A DNA stretch of 33,518 nt from Acidobacteriota bacterium (GTDB lineage: Bacteria; Acidobacteriota; UBA4820; DSQY01), in the NCBI GenBank assembly GCA_040758175.1, contig JBFLVU010000001.1, positions 6,789 through 40,306 of the forward strand, given 5' to 3'. Below, one piece after another: positions 1 through 10,700 of the stretch (positions within the stretch are counted from its first letter, which is position 1; each line of letters begins with the position of its first letter). The position numbers and the translations under genes are program-made. The notes under the pieces are model-generated. The model saw only the letters and a list, made by a program, of their open reading frames with translations. It was not told the origin of the DNA and searched no databases.

Positions 1-88
1 AGACCACGACGGGGGCCTTGGCGGGTTGCGCCGCGGCGCCCGCCGCGACCAGCAGAAATACGAGCGCAACCAGCCAGCGGAATGGCAC
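1..88 (-). CDS. 5' end of a secreted protein (signal peptide), truncated by window edge
   Basis: GTG at 88 preceded by GGAGG (96-100); translates MPFRWLVALVFLLVAAGAAAQPAKAPVVV, a Sec signal peptide with AxA-type cleavage site; not in the ORF track because it is partial. Confidence 0.55.
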   Translation of the reverse strand, partial: MPFRWLVALVFLLVAAGAAAQPAKAPVVV

Positions 89-135
89 GCGAGGGCCTCC
101 AGTTCCACGGATTCTGGACCACGGGCCCGCTCCTG

Positions 136-1383
136 TCAAGGATGGGGCTTCGATCCGGGTCCCAGGGGCTCCACGGCGGCCGCCCATCCGGGGGATGTGG
201 AAAGGGCCGAGAAGGCGGGGTCGGATCGAGGATCGGGAAGGAGGGCTTCGCCGGGCGAAAGCTCCTCCCGGTGGCGCACGGCAAGCCCGAGCGACCGCAG
301 GGCTTCCTCCGGGCGTCCCGCTTGGGCGTGGAGGCGAGCGAGGAGATAGTGGGGCCAGGGATGGGCGGGCGCGGCCGCGCTGGCGCGATTCAAGGCCAGG
401 GCGGCCTCTTCGAGACGGCCCTGCTCCCAGAGCCAAGCCCCCGAGCGGAGTCCGGCGAACCGGACGGCGGGCATGGGCAGACGAGACGTCTTCAGGTCCT
501 CTTGGAGGGAGCGGAGGAAAGCCTCCGCGGCCTCCTCGGGTGGACCGGTCTCCAGGAGCGCCCCCCCCAGGAGGTACCAGGCCCAGGGTTCGGAGGGGTC
601 GATTCCCGCCGCCGCCCTCAGCCGGGACGCGGCCTCCTCGCTGCGGCCCCGGGCCAGGAGACCGGCTCCGGCCCGCATGGCGGTGCTGGAGGGGCCGTCA
701 TTGGGTTGAGGGGGGAGGTGCATCAGGAGCGCCGCCTGGAAGCGGGGGGTCCCTTGAAGTCCTCTGAAGTCCTCGTCCAGAGACGGATCGGGGAGGGTGG
801 CTCCCCCCGGGACTCGGGCGTCGGCGTCCAAGGCGGCCACCAGGGACTGGAGGGCGTCGTGAGTGCGGCCGTCGAGGGCGAGCACGCAGGCGCGGTTGTA
901 CGAAAAGGAGGGATAGCCGGGATCTTCCGTCAGGGCCGTCGAATACACTTCCGCCGCCTCCCGGAGGAAGCCCTGGAAGGCGAGGGACAGGCCCAGTCCG
1001 TCCGTGGTTTGGCGCCTCTGTTTCAGGCCCAGGCCCGGCGAGGCTCGATCCAGCCGGAGGGATTCCTGGAGCGCCACGGCCGCTTCGGAGTATCTGCGCT
1101 GAGCCAGGAGGGCGTGGCCGAGGTAGCTGAGCGCCAGGGCGTTCCCCGGATCGAGCAGGGTGGCCTGGCGCAGGAGGGGCTCGGCGGACGGGGCATCCCC
1201 CCCGTCCAAGTAGATCGCGCCCTGTCGAAAGAGGGCCTGGGCCTTCTCCCGGGGCGGCACCTGGGACATGGCCGGAGCCACGAGCGCCGCTACCGCCAGG
1301 GCGAGGAGCCATGCCCGGCGAGGCGCGGGAGCGCCGTCGAGCCCGGGACGATGTGCTTTGGACCGGTTCAGGACGGCCTCCAC
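136..1383 (-). CDS. Secreted tetratricopeptide-repeat protein with two similar halves
   Basis: Signal-like hydrophobic stretch RRAWLLALAVAALVAPAMS; TPR motifs (DPGNALALSYLG, DPSEPWAWYLLG, YNRACVLALDG); halves end LPDPSLDEDFRGL and LPDPRSDPAFSAL; start codon uncertain. Confidence 0.8.
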   Translation of the reverse strand: MEAVLNRSKAHRPGLDGAPAPRRAWLLALAVAALVAPAMSQVPPREKAQALFRQGAIYLDGGDAPSAEPLLRQATLLDPGNALALSYLGHALLAQRRYSEAAVALQESLRLDRASPGLGLKQRRQTTDGLGLSLAFQGFLREAAEVYSTALTEDPGYPSFSYNRACVLALDGRTHDALQSLVAALDADARVPGGATLPDPSLDEDFRGLQGTPRFQAALLMHLPPQPNDGPSSTAMRAGAGLLARGRSEEAASRLRAAAGIDPSEPWAWYLLGGALLETGPPEEAAEAFLRSLQEDLKTSRLPMPAVRFAGLRSGAWLWEQGRLEEAALALNRASAAAPAHPWPHYLLARLHAQAGRPEEALRSLGLAVRHREELSPGEALLPDPRSDPAFSALSTSPGWAAAVEPLGPGSKPHP

Positions 1384-1437
1384 TTCAGCTTGGGTGGAAC
1401 CCTTTGGGCGTCCAATCCTCCCAGGACGGGCCGGCCC

Positions 1438-2295
1438 TCAGTTCAGATACCCCATCAGCTGACGGCTCTTCTTGCTGTGCTTCAACTTCTGGAGGGCCTG
1501 GGTCTCGATCTGGCGGATCCGCTCTCTGGACAAACCCAGATGGTCGCCCACCTCCTTAAGCGTGTGGGAATCCGTGCCGTCCAGGCCGTACCTCAACGTG
1601 AGGACGATGCGCTCCTTCTCGTCGAGATCCCTGAGCATCCCCCTCAGGAGCTTGCGGAAGGATTCCTCCATGAGGTTCTGGTCCACCGGGGGCATGGTGA
1701 CCTGTTCGATCTTGTCCAGGAGCTGGAAGTCCGAATCCTCCTCCGAAGCCGACTCGAGGGGGAGATCCTCGGTTTCCGCCTGCATGAGGACCTCCACGTT
1801 CTCCCGGGGAACGTCGAGCTCCTCCGCCACCTCCCCGACCGTCGGGGGACGCTCCAGGATCGGAGTCATGGCCGCGATGGTCTTGTGGATGTTGTACAGG
1901 AGGTTGGCCTGCTTCTGGGGGATGCGGAAGGGGCCGCCCTGCTCCGAGAGGGCGTGGATGATGGCCTGCCGGATCCACCAGACGGCGTAGGTGATGAACT
2001 TGACGCCCTTGCCGGGATCGAAGCGCTTGGCGGCTTCGATGAGCCCGATGTTCCCTTCGTTGATGAGGTCCTGGAAGGAAAGCCCCCACCCGCGGTACTT
2101 CTTGGAGAAGGAGACGACGAAGCGGAGATTCGATTCCACGAGCTTCTGCAAGGCCTCCCGATCTCCCGCTTGGATGAGGGCGCCGAGGCGTTTCTCCTCT
2201 TCGGGGACCAGAAGGGGAAACCGAGAAATCTCTCGGAGGTAGCGCTTGAGGAGGGCGGATTCTTCGCCGCTGGGAACGCTATTCTTGGGTGCCAT
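1438..2295 (-). CDS. Alternative sigma70-family RNA polymerase sigma factor (RpoD/RpoS-like, lacks region 1.1)
   Basis: Region 1.2 YLREISRFPLL; region 2 LVESNLRFVV...DLINEGNIGLIEAAKRFDP...KFITYAVWWIRQAI; region 4 TLKEVGDHLGLSRERIRQIETQAL; no RpoH box. Confidence 0.93.
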   Translation of the reverse strand: MAPKNSVPSGEESALLKRYLREISRFPLLVPEEEKRLGALIQAGDREALQKLVESNLRFVVSFSKKYRGWGLSFQDLINEGNIGLIEAAKRFDPGKGVKFITYAVWWIRQAIIHALSEQGGPFRIPQKQANLLYNIHKTIAAMTPILERPPTVGEVAEELDVPRENVEVLMQAETEDLPLESASEEDSDFQLLDKIEQVTMPPVDQNLMEESFRKLLRGMLRDLDEKERIVLTLRYGLDGTDSHTLKEVGDHLGLSRERIRQIETQALQKLKHSKKSRQLMGYLN

Positions 2296-2707
2296 CGCCC
2301 CTCTCCAAATGGTCCAGCAGGACCTGGAGGGAGCGCTGTGGGATTCGGACGAGGGCCTGCTTCCGCACCTCGTCCCGCGACACGCCCCTTCGCCCGAGCT
2401 GCTCCAGAAAGAACTCCAGAAAGCCGTTCATCTCATCCTGCATGCGGCCCATTTTCTCCCGCATGTTGAGAACAATTTCAACCCCCGCGAGATTCACGCC
2501 GAGGTTTCGCGTGAGGTTCAGGATGATCTCGAGGCGTTCCAAGTCCTCGTCCGAGTACAGGCGGGTATTGCCTTCCGTTCGGGAGGGCCTCAGCAGGCCG
2601 TCCCGCTCGTAGAGCCGAAGGGTCTGGGGATGCACGTCGAAACGTTGCGCCACGGCGGAGATCATGTAGAAGCGCTTCCCCTCGGTCTTGGGAGGCCTTC
2701 GAGCCAT
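2279..2707 (-). CDS. hspR: MerR-family heat-shock repressor HspR
   Basis: YMISAVAQRFDVHPQTLRLYERDGLLRPSRTEGNTRLYS...LGVNLAGVEIVL is the HspR signature; directly downstream of dnaJ. Confidence 0.9.
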   Translation of the reverse strand: MARRPPKTEGKRFYMISAVAQRFDVHPQTLRLYERDGLLRPSRTEGNTRLYSDEDLERLEIILNLTRNLGVNLAGVEIVLNMREKMGRMQDEMNGFLEFFLEQLGRRGVSRDEVRKQALVRIPQRSLQVLLDHLERGDGTQE

Positions 2708-2711
2708 GGCG

Positions 2712-3815
2712 TCACCCCTTCTCCGCCCCAGTATAGGGGCGCGGGTTCTCGGGGTTCAAACGGGCGAATTCGCGGAGGAGGTCCTTGCTCCGCTCGTCCA
2801 CCACCGGGGGGGTCCAGATGGACACCTCCACCAGGAGGTCTCCCGCCGTGCCGCCCCGAAGGGAGGGCATCCCCCGCTCTCTCAAGCGGAACACCTGGCC
2901 GGAGGAAGTGCCCGGAGGGACCTTGAGGCGCGCCCCGCCGCCGAGGGTGGGGACGTCGATCCGGGCGCCCAGGACCGCCTCGGTGACGGTAATGGGGACC
3001 TTCACGCGGAGGTTGGGGCCCTCCCGGCGGTAGGTCGGCTCTTCCAGGATGTGGGTCTCGATGTAGAGGTCCCCCGCGGGCCCTCCGAAGCGCCCTGCCT
3101 GCCCCTTTCCCTTGACGCGCACCCGGGAGCCCGTGTCCACCCCCGCGGGAATGGAGACCTCCACCGTTTCCAGCGTCTCCGTGGAGCCCGCGCCCCCGCA
3201 CGTGCGGCAGGGTTCCCCGGGGTCCTTTCCGGAACCCCCGCAGGCCGGGCAGGTCCGGGCGAAGGAGAAGGGCCCACGGGAGAGGCCGACCTTCCCCGAA
3301 CCCCCGCAGGAGGAGCAGGATCGGCTCCGCTTGTGGGGGAGGCGCCCCTCGCCCCTGCAGGCCCCGCAGGCCACCGTGTGGCGCACGGCGATGCGGGCCC
3401 GCTTGCCTGAAAAGGCCTCCTGGAGGGTCAGGGTGAGCGGAAAGACCAGGTCCTCGCCGGGCCGGGGTCCTTGGTTTTCCCGGCTCTGGGCCGTGTGCAG
3501 GAACGCATCCAGAAGGTCCTGAAAGCCTCCGGAAGAGGGTCCGGCGTCGAAGTCGAACCCCGTGAAATCCACCCTCGGCCCGCCGCCCGAACCGGGACCC
3601 ACGGTGCCGGTGGCGTCGTAGCGCTTCTTCTTCTCGGGGTCGGAGAGAATGGCGTGGGCCTCGGAAAGTTCCTTAAACCGCTCTTCTGCGGCCGCGTCCC
3701 CGGGATTGAGGTCGGGGTGGTACTTCCGGGCGAGGCGCTTGTAAGCCTTGCGGGCCTCCGCCGCCGAAGCCCCCCGTGGGATTTCCAGGACGTCGTACAG
3801 GTCGCGCACGGCCAC
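2712..3815 (-). CDS. dnaJ: Chaperone DnaJ (class A)
   Basis: J domain with HPD, G/F-rich linker, four CxxCxGxG zinc-finger repeats, C-terminal substrate domain; GTG start with RBS. Confidence 0.95.
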   Translation of the reverse strand: MAVRDLYDVLEIPRGASAAEARKAYKRLARKYHPDLNPGDAAAEERFKELSEAHAILSDPEKKKRYDATGTVGPGSGGGPRVDFTGFDFDAGPSSGGFQDLLDAFLHTAQSRENQGPRPGEDLVFPLTLTLQEAFSGKRARIAVRHTVACGACRGEGRLPHKRSRSCSSCGGSGKVGLSRGPFSFARTCPACGGSGKDPGEPCRTCGGAGSTETLETVEVSIPAGVDTGSRVRVKGKGQAGRFGGPAGDLYIETHILEEPTYRREGPNLRVKVPITVTEAVLGARIDVPTLGGGARLKVPPGTSSGQVFRLRERGMPSLRGGTAGDLLVEVSIWTPPVVDERSKDLLREFARLNPENPRPYTGAEKG

Positions 3816-3828
3816 GGGCGTCCCCTCC

Positions 3829-4260
3829 CTACTTCACGCGGATGGACTTCCGGGCGTTCTTCCGGGGGAGGACGATGGTGAGCAGGCCGTCCTTCAGGGC
3901 CGCCTCCACGGCCCCCGCGTCGATCTCGTCGGGAAACGAGAACTCCCTAAGAAAGGGCCCGAAGTACCGCTCCATCCTTTGCACGCACTCCTGGTCCTCC
4001 CCCTGGTTGGCGCGGCGCTCTCCCGCCACCCGGAGGAGGCGTCCCTCGGCCGTGACCTCGATGCCCTCAATGGGCACGCCGGGAATTTCCACCTCCACGA
4101 CGTACCGGACGGCATCCTCGTAAACGTCGGCCGGGGGAATCCAGGTGAAATCCTGGAGGGGCGTAGCGGGCTTCTCCGGCTGGATGATTTCGTCGAAGAG
4201 CCGGTTCACGCGCCTCTGCAAATTCAGGAGTTCCCGAAGGGGATCACCCTTGGACGGCAT
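3829..4260 (-). CDS. Hsp20/alpha-crystallin small heat-shock protein
   Basis: WIPPADVYE...VEIPGV...ERYFGPFLREFSFP...AALKDGLLTIVLPRK; GGAGG RBS. Confidence 0.92.
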   Translation of the reverse strand: MPSKGDPLRELLNLQRRVNRLFDEIIQPEKPATPLQDFTWIPPADVYEDAVRYVVEVEIPGVPIEGIEVTAEGRLLRVAGERRANQGEDQECVQRMERYFGPFLREFSFPDEIDAGAVEAALKDGLLTIVLPRKNARKSIRVK

Positions 4261-4305
4261 GCCAGCACCTCCCCGGCCTTCTCGTGTCAGACCACCGATT
4301 CCGGA

Positions 4306-6231
<1,926 letters not shown>

Positions 6232-6285
6232 GAACGCACTCCTCCTTCGAACGGTGCCAGGGCTCGTCAGCCTGAGCCAGGTCCT

Positions 6286-6314
6286 AAGATAATACTTGAG
6301 CGAATAATTGTCAA
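6286..6314 (-). promoter_or_regulatory. sigma70 promoter of the dnaK operon
   Basis: Minus strand TTGACA (6314-6309), 17-nt spacer, TATCTT (6291-6286); AT-rich patch ~55 nt upstream of the dnaK ATG. Confidence 0.8.
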
Positions 6315-6315
6315 G
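6295..6315. promoter_or_regulatory. HAIR-like HspR operator
   Basis: CTTGAGC-N7-TGTCAAG versus HAIR consensus CTTGAGT-N7-ACTCAAG; overlaps the -35 element and spacer of the dnaK promoter; hspR is in the operon. Confidence 0.75.
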
Positions 6316-6390
6316 TTTTCTGACTTTGGCGACGTGGGCATTTCGCCGGGAGCGCCGACCTGATACCCTCGACTCTCTGTCGGGGGAGGC

Positions 6391-7530
6391 ATGATCTCGT
6401 TTGCGCTGGTTGGGGGCAACCGGTCCGCCGGGCGCTTGGGGGAGATTCAAACGTCCCATGGCCGGGTCCGAACGCCGGCCTTCATGCCCGTCGGGACGCG
6501 GGCTTCGGTAAAGGGGATGCCTTCCTTTCTCCTGCGGGAGGCGGGGGCGGACATCGTCTTATGCAACACCTTTCACCTCGCTCTCCGGCCGGGAAGCCGC
6601 CTCATTGAGGAACTGGGGGGGATTCACCGGTTCATGGGATGGGGCGGCCCCGTCCTGACCGATTCGGGGGGCTTTCAGGCCTTTTCCTTGGCCTCCCTCC
6701 GCCAGGTCGCCGAGGAGGGGATCGCCTTTCGGTCCCCCGTGGATGGCGCCGAAGTCTTCTTAAGCCCGGAGCGGGCCGTGGCCGTTCAGGAGGAGCTGGG
6801 CGTGGATGTGGCCATGGCCTTGGATGTGCTGGTGAAAGGCACGGCCGAGGAGGACGAGACCGAGGCGGCCGTGGACCGAACCACCCGGTGGGCCCGGCGC
6901 TGTCGGGAGGCCCAGAGACGACCGGAAACCTCCCTCTTCGGCATCGTGCAGGGAGGTCCGTACCCGCATTTGAGGGAACGTTCAGCGAAGGACCTGGTGG
7001 AGCTGGATTTCCCGGGGTATGCCGCCGGCGGCTTCTCGGTGGGGGAGAAAAAGGAGACCTTTCGGCATGTGGCCGCGTACACGGCGACGCTCCTCCCGGA
7101 GGACCGTCCCCGCTACCTGATGGGGGTGGGCACACCCCTGGATTTAGTGGAAGCCGTCGCCTGGGGCTACGACCTGTTCGACTGCGTCCTCCCCACCCGG
7201 AACGCTCGAAACGGAAGCCTGTTCACCTCCGGAGGCACGGTTTCCATCAAGAACGCGGGCTTCGCGCGGTCCCCCGAACCCCTCGACCCGAGGTGTCCCT
7301 GTTGGGGGTGCCGGCACGTCTCCCGGGCCTACCTCAACCATCTGTACCGCGCCAACGATCCTACGGGACTCGTGCTCAACACCCTTCACAATCTGACGTA
7401 CTACCTCGGACTCATGGAGAACATTCGGAGCGCCATAAAAGAGGATGGGCTCGAGGATTGGGTCCGAGAGATTCGGAAGGCGTATGGGGTAGGCACCTCC
7501 TCGGGCCCAAGCCAGGAGGATGTTTCGTAA
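6391..7530 (+). CDS. tgt: tRNA-guanine transglycosylase
   Basis: [46 protein letters not shown], zinc motif CPCWGC...HN; GGAGG RBS. Confidence 0.96.
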   Translation: MISFALVGGNRSAGRLGEIQTSHGRVRTPAFMPVGTRASVKGMPSFLLREAGADIVLCNTFHLALRPGSRLIEELGGIHRFMGWGGPVLTDSGGFQAFSLASLRQVAEEGIAFRSPVDGAEVFLSPERAVAVQEELGVDVAMALDVLVKGTAEEDETEAAVDRTTRWARRCREAQRRPETSLFGIVQGGPYPHLRERSAKDLVELDFPGYAAGGFSVGEKKETFRHVAAYTATLLPEDRPRYLMGVGTPLDLVEAVAWGYDLFDCVLPTRNARNGSLFTSGGTVSIKNAGFARSPEPLDPRCPCWGCRHVSRAYLNHLYRANDPTGLVLNTLHNLTYYLGLMENIRSAIKEDGLEDWVREIRKAYGVGTSSGPSQEDVS

Positions 7531-7616
7531 TCGGAGCGTTTCCAGGGGCAAGGCACTGTTACCTTTCGGTGCCGCAGCCGATCCGTTTCGGTTTCACTTC
7601 GAGTGCGCCCAGTTTG

Positions 7617-7629
7617 TAACTATGTGATA
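7617..7629 (-). promoter_or_regulatory. Putative IHF site
   Basis: TATCACATAGTTA versus WATCAANNNNTTR (one mismatch), ~25 nt upstream of the sigma54 -24 element. Confidence 0.45.
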
Positions 7630-7655
7630 TTTCAACGACTATCTGCCTTGCTTCG

Positions 7656-7671
7656 TGGCAGGGACTTTGCA
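7656..7671 (+). promoter_or_regulatory. sigma54 (-24/-12) promoter
   Basis: TGGCAGG-GACT-TTGCA matches TGGCACG-N4-TTGCW with correct GG/GC spacing; upstream of the large surface-protein gene. Confidence 0.72.
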
Positions 7672-7799
7672 AATAGAAAAGAAGTCGGGATTCGATCCAG
7701 GGCGAAAGGTGGTCGCCCCACATCGGGCCGCTGGGGCGCCGCAGGAGAGTCCCAACCTTCTGAAAGACCACGCATGCTGATAGATCGGGGGTGCAGGGC

Positions 7800-10700
7800 A
7801 TGACTCGAACCCACGGATTCAGGTTTCGTTTCCTCGGAGGGATTGTCCTTGCTTTGGCGGGGTCCTGCGCGCTTCCTTGGTCGGCTCAGACATGCGCCTT
7901 CGGGAACGGAGGGGGGGCAGGAAGCGGGGGGGGCGGCGCCACCCTGCTGACGATAACCGTCGACGGGAACTCCAGCGACTGGGGCCCCGTCCTGGCGAAC
8001 TCGGCTCAGGTGACCTTCGACGGGGAATGGGTCAGCCCCTGCAGCGCCTCCACCGATCGGGATTGCGACGGATATGGAATTACCGGACGCGACCTGGCAG
8101 TTTTCGCCTGGACCTACGATTCCACCAACATCTACCTCTACGTCAAGCGATTCGGCAGTTCGACCAACACGCAGACGTTCTATTTCTACATGGACACGAG
8201 CAGCAACCAGCGCATCAACACCGGGGAGAAGGTGTACCAGGTCCTGCTCAGCGGATCCAACCGAAAGACCGACGGCACCCTGTACACCTACGCGGCGGTG
8301 GATGGCACCAACGGAGACGCGCTTGTGGCTCCTGCCGGGTACCCCTACCCGGACTACGCGGACGGGTACACCGTCCCCGGATCGATCCATACTCCCGTCC
8401 CAGTCTACTCGGGCCTCATCGCGGGGTTTGCCGACGGGACCGGCTTCGAGGCGCGGATCCCTTGGTCCGGCATCGGGGTTTCCTCGGGCACGGCCATTTT
8501 CTTTCACGTCTCCTCTACCAACAACTCCAACCCGGCGCAGGTACCCGCCAGCATCGACGACAACCTGGGAGGAGTGGGTGGGGGGATCGGGGCCTTCGCC
8601 TTCCGTCTCGTTTCGGTGACACCGGACCATTCTTCCGCCGTGTCTCCCGGTCACCCGACGGTCACCACCTACTCCCACACGGTCACCAACACGGGCACCC
8701 TCCCCGACCGATACGACCTCACCGCCTTTTCCTCCCTGGGCTTTCAGGCCGAGCTCTACTTCGGCGCCTCCCTGGCCGCCACGGATCTGAACGGAGACGC
8801 AATCTGGGACTCGGTCGACAGCGCCTTTGATTCCAACTCCGACGGGCGGCCGGACACGCCACAGCTCCTTCCTTCCGAGGCCTACGTCGTGGAGTTGCGC
8901 CTCACCGCACCCGACGGAGTGGCGAATGTCTTGGACGAAACACGGATTTCAGCCTTTTCGCAGGGTCAGTCCGATGTTTGCGCCAGCGCCTTGGATTCCA
9001 CGGCCCTTGGGGAGGTCACCTTGACCCCCTCGCCCCAGAGCCTGACCTTGACCGCGGGTGGGACCGCCGACTACGGATTGACTCTGGCCAACGGCGGCCT
9101 GGAAGACGTGGTGGACCTCCGGGCTGCGTCCTCCCTGGGTTGGATGGTGGAAATCTACGACGGATCCACCCTCGTGGCCCGGGATCTGACGGGCGACGGC
9201 CTTTGGGACACGGTCGATTCGGCGTACGACTCGAACGCCAACGGCCGCCCCGACTTCGGAGCCCTGTCCACCGGAACGTCCATTTCCTTCACGGCGCGCG
9301 TGACCGCTCCGTCGGGAGCGGCCTCCGGAGTGGCAGACACGGTCACGATCCTTGCACAGGGTGCGCAAGAAGGGGAGACCGCAACGGCCGTCCTTCACTC
9401 CACCGTCCGGCTCCGTCTCACTTTGGAACCCAGCTACAGGACCGTGGACGGGACACAGAAGTACAGCGGCCAGGGCAAGTCGGTCTTTTACGCACATGCC
9501 CTTACGAACAGTTGGTCCACGGCGGATTCGGTCACGCTCTCTGCCGCCTCCAGCCCGGCAGGGTGGACCCAACGCTTTTATACCGACCCTGATGGGGACG
9601 GGAGCCCCGCCGACGGGTCCCTGATCGGCGGTCCGTTGGATCTGCCGGCCAACGGAGGGAGCGTGGATCTCATCCTGGAGGTGGTCATACCCTCCGGCCT
9701 CACGCTTCCCCTCACCCACGTTTCCGCCGTTACGGCGACGGGATCGGCCAGCGCTCCCTCGGTGACGGATGAGGTGCGCGTTTCCTTCGTGGCGACATTC
9801 GAAGATCCTGGTCGGGCCGTGGCCAAGAACGTCTTTTCCCGCTGCCAGATCATCTACTTCCTAGGAAGCAGCCTGGTTCCCGCCTCCAACTACCGATTCC
9901 GGCTTCTGAATCCGGAAGGCACCCAAGTGCACAACCAGACGGCCCTTTCGGACGGGAACGGCGACGCCTGGGACGAGTACGAGGTGGCCGCCGCCGACCC
10001 GACGGGTACTTGGACCCTCGAACTCTACAATGCCTCCGGGACTCGGGTGGACTTCATGAGCGTCTACGTGGATCCGCCTCCAGCCAATCCATCCACGGTG
10101 GACCCAATCGCCACGGGGGAGGCCTCCTACGCCCTCACGGGGGAGAATCTCGCAATCACGGCGACGTTCAACAATACGTCCACGGGAGCGGACTACTCGG
10201 GCACGACTTACAGGTACTTGGTTCGGACGCCCGACTTGGGCCAGTTCCTTGGGGACGACGGAGTCTTCACCGCGTATTCGGGTTCCGATGCGACCCGGAC
10301 CACCTCCCCCCACACCGTCTATGCCCTTTCTTCCGAAACCGAAACCGTGACCGTCAACAGCGTAGAGTTCCCCGTGGCCGGCCTGTACCGGATCGACGTG
10401 ACCTGGACCGGAAGTTGCGGAAATGGCATCGCAGAGGGAACGAAGTACTTCCCGGTGGGTACCACGCTCGCCAGCTACGCCGACGCCGGGCACGCGGAAC
10501 CCTCTGACTCCTTCGGCCCCGGCTCCACGGTTCACCTTTTCGGTACGACCTACCTTCCGACGACGGATCACGTCGTTGCCTTCTACTCTCCGGGAGGCGA
10601 CCTCGTCCTCACCCAGAGCGCAGCCAGCACCGCGGACGGGACCCTCTCCACCGATGTCCCCGAGAGCCTCCTCGGTGCCGAAGGAACTTGGACCGCCGTG

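Noticed and set aside
1438-2295. Calling the sigma factor rpoH or rpoD
   Set aside because: No RpoH box and too short for a primary sigma factor with region 1.1; left unnamed
82-2469. 795-aa plus-strand ORF and other long shadow ORFs (13088..15613, 9861..12197, 10688..13024, 15643..18954, 22154..24088)
   Set aside because: They overlap well-supported genes antisense or out of frame, and have Arg/Gly/Pro-rich or mirror composition typical of high-GC shadow frames
6232-6459. 76-aa N-terminal extension of DnaK in the ORF track
   Set aside because: It spans the promoter/operator and the tgt start; a strong RBS precedes [10 protein letters not shown] at 6231
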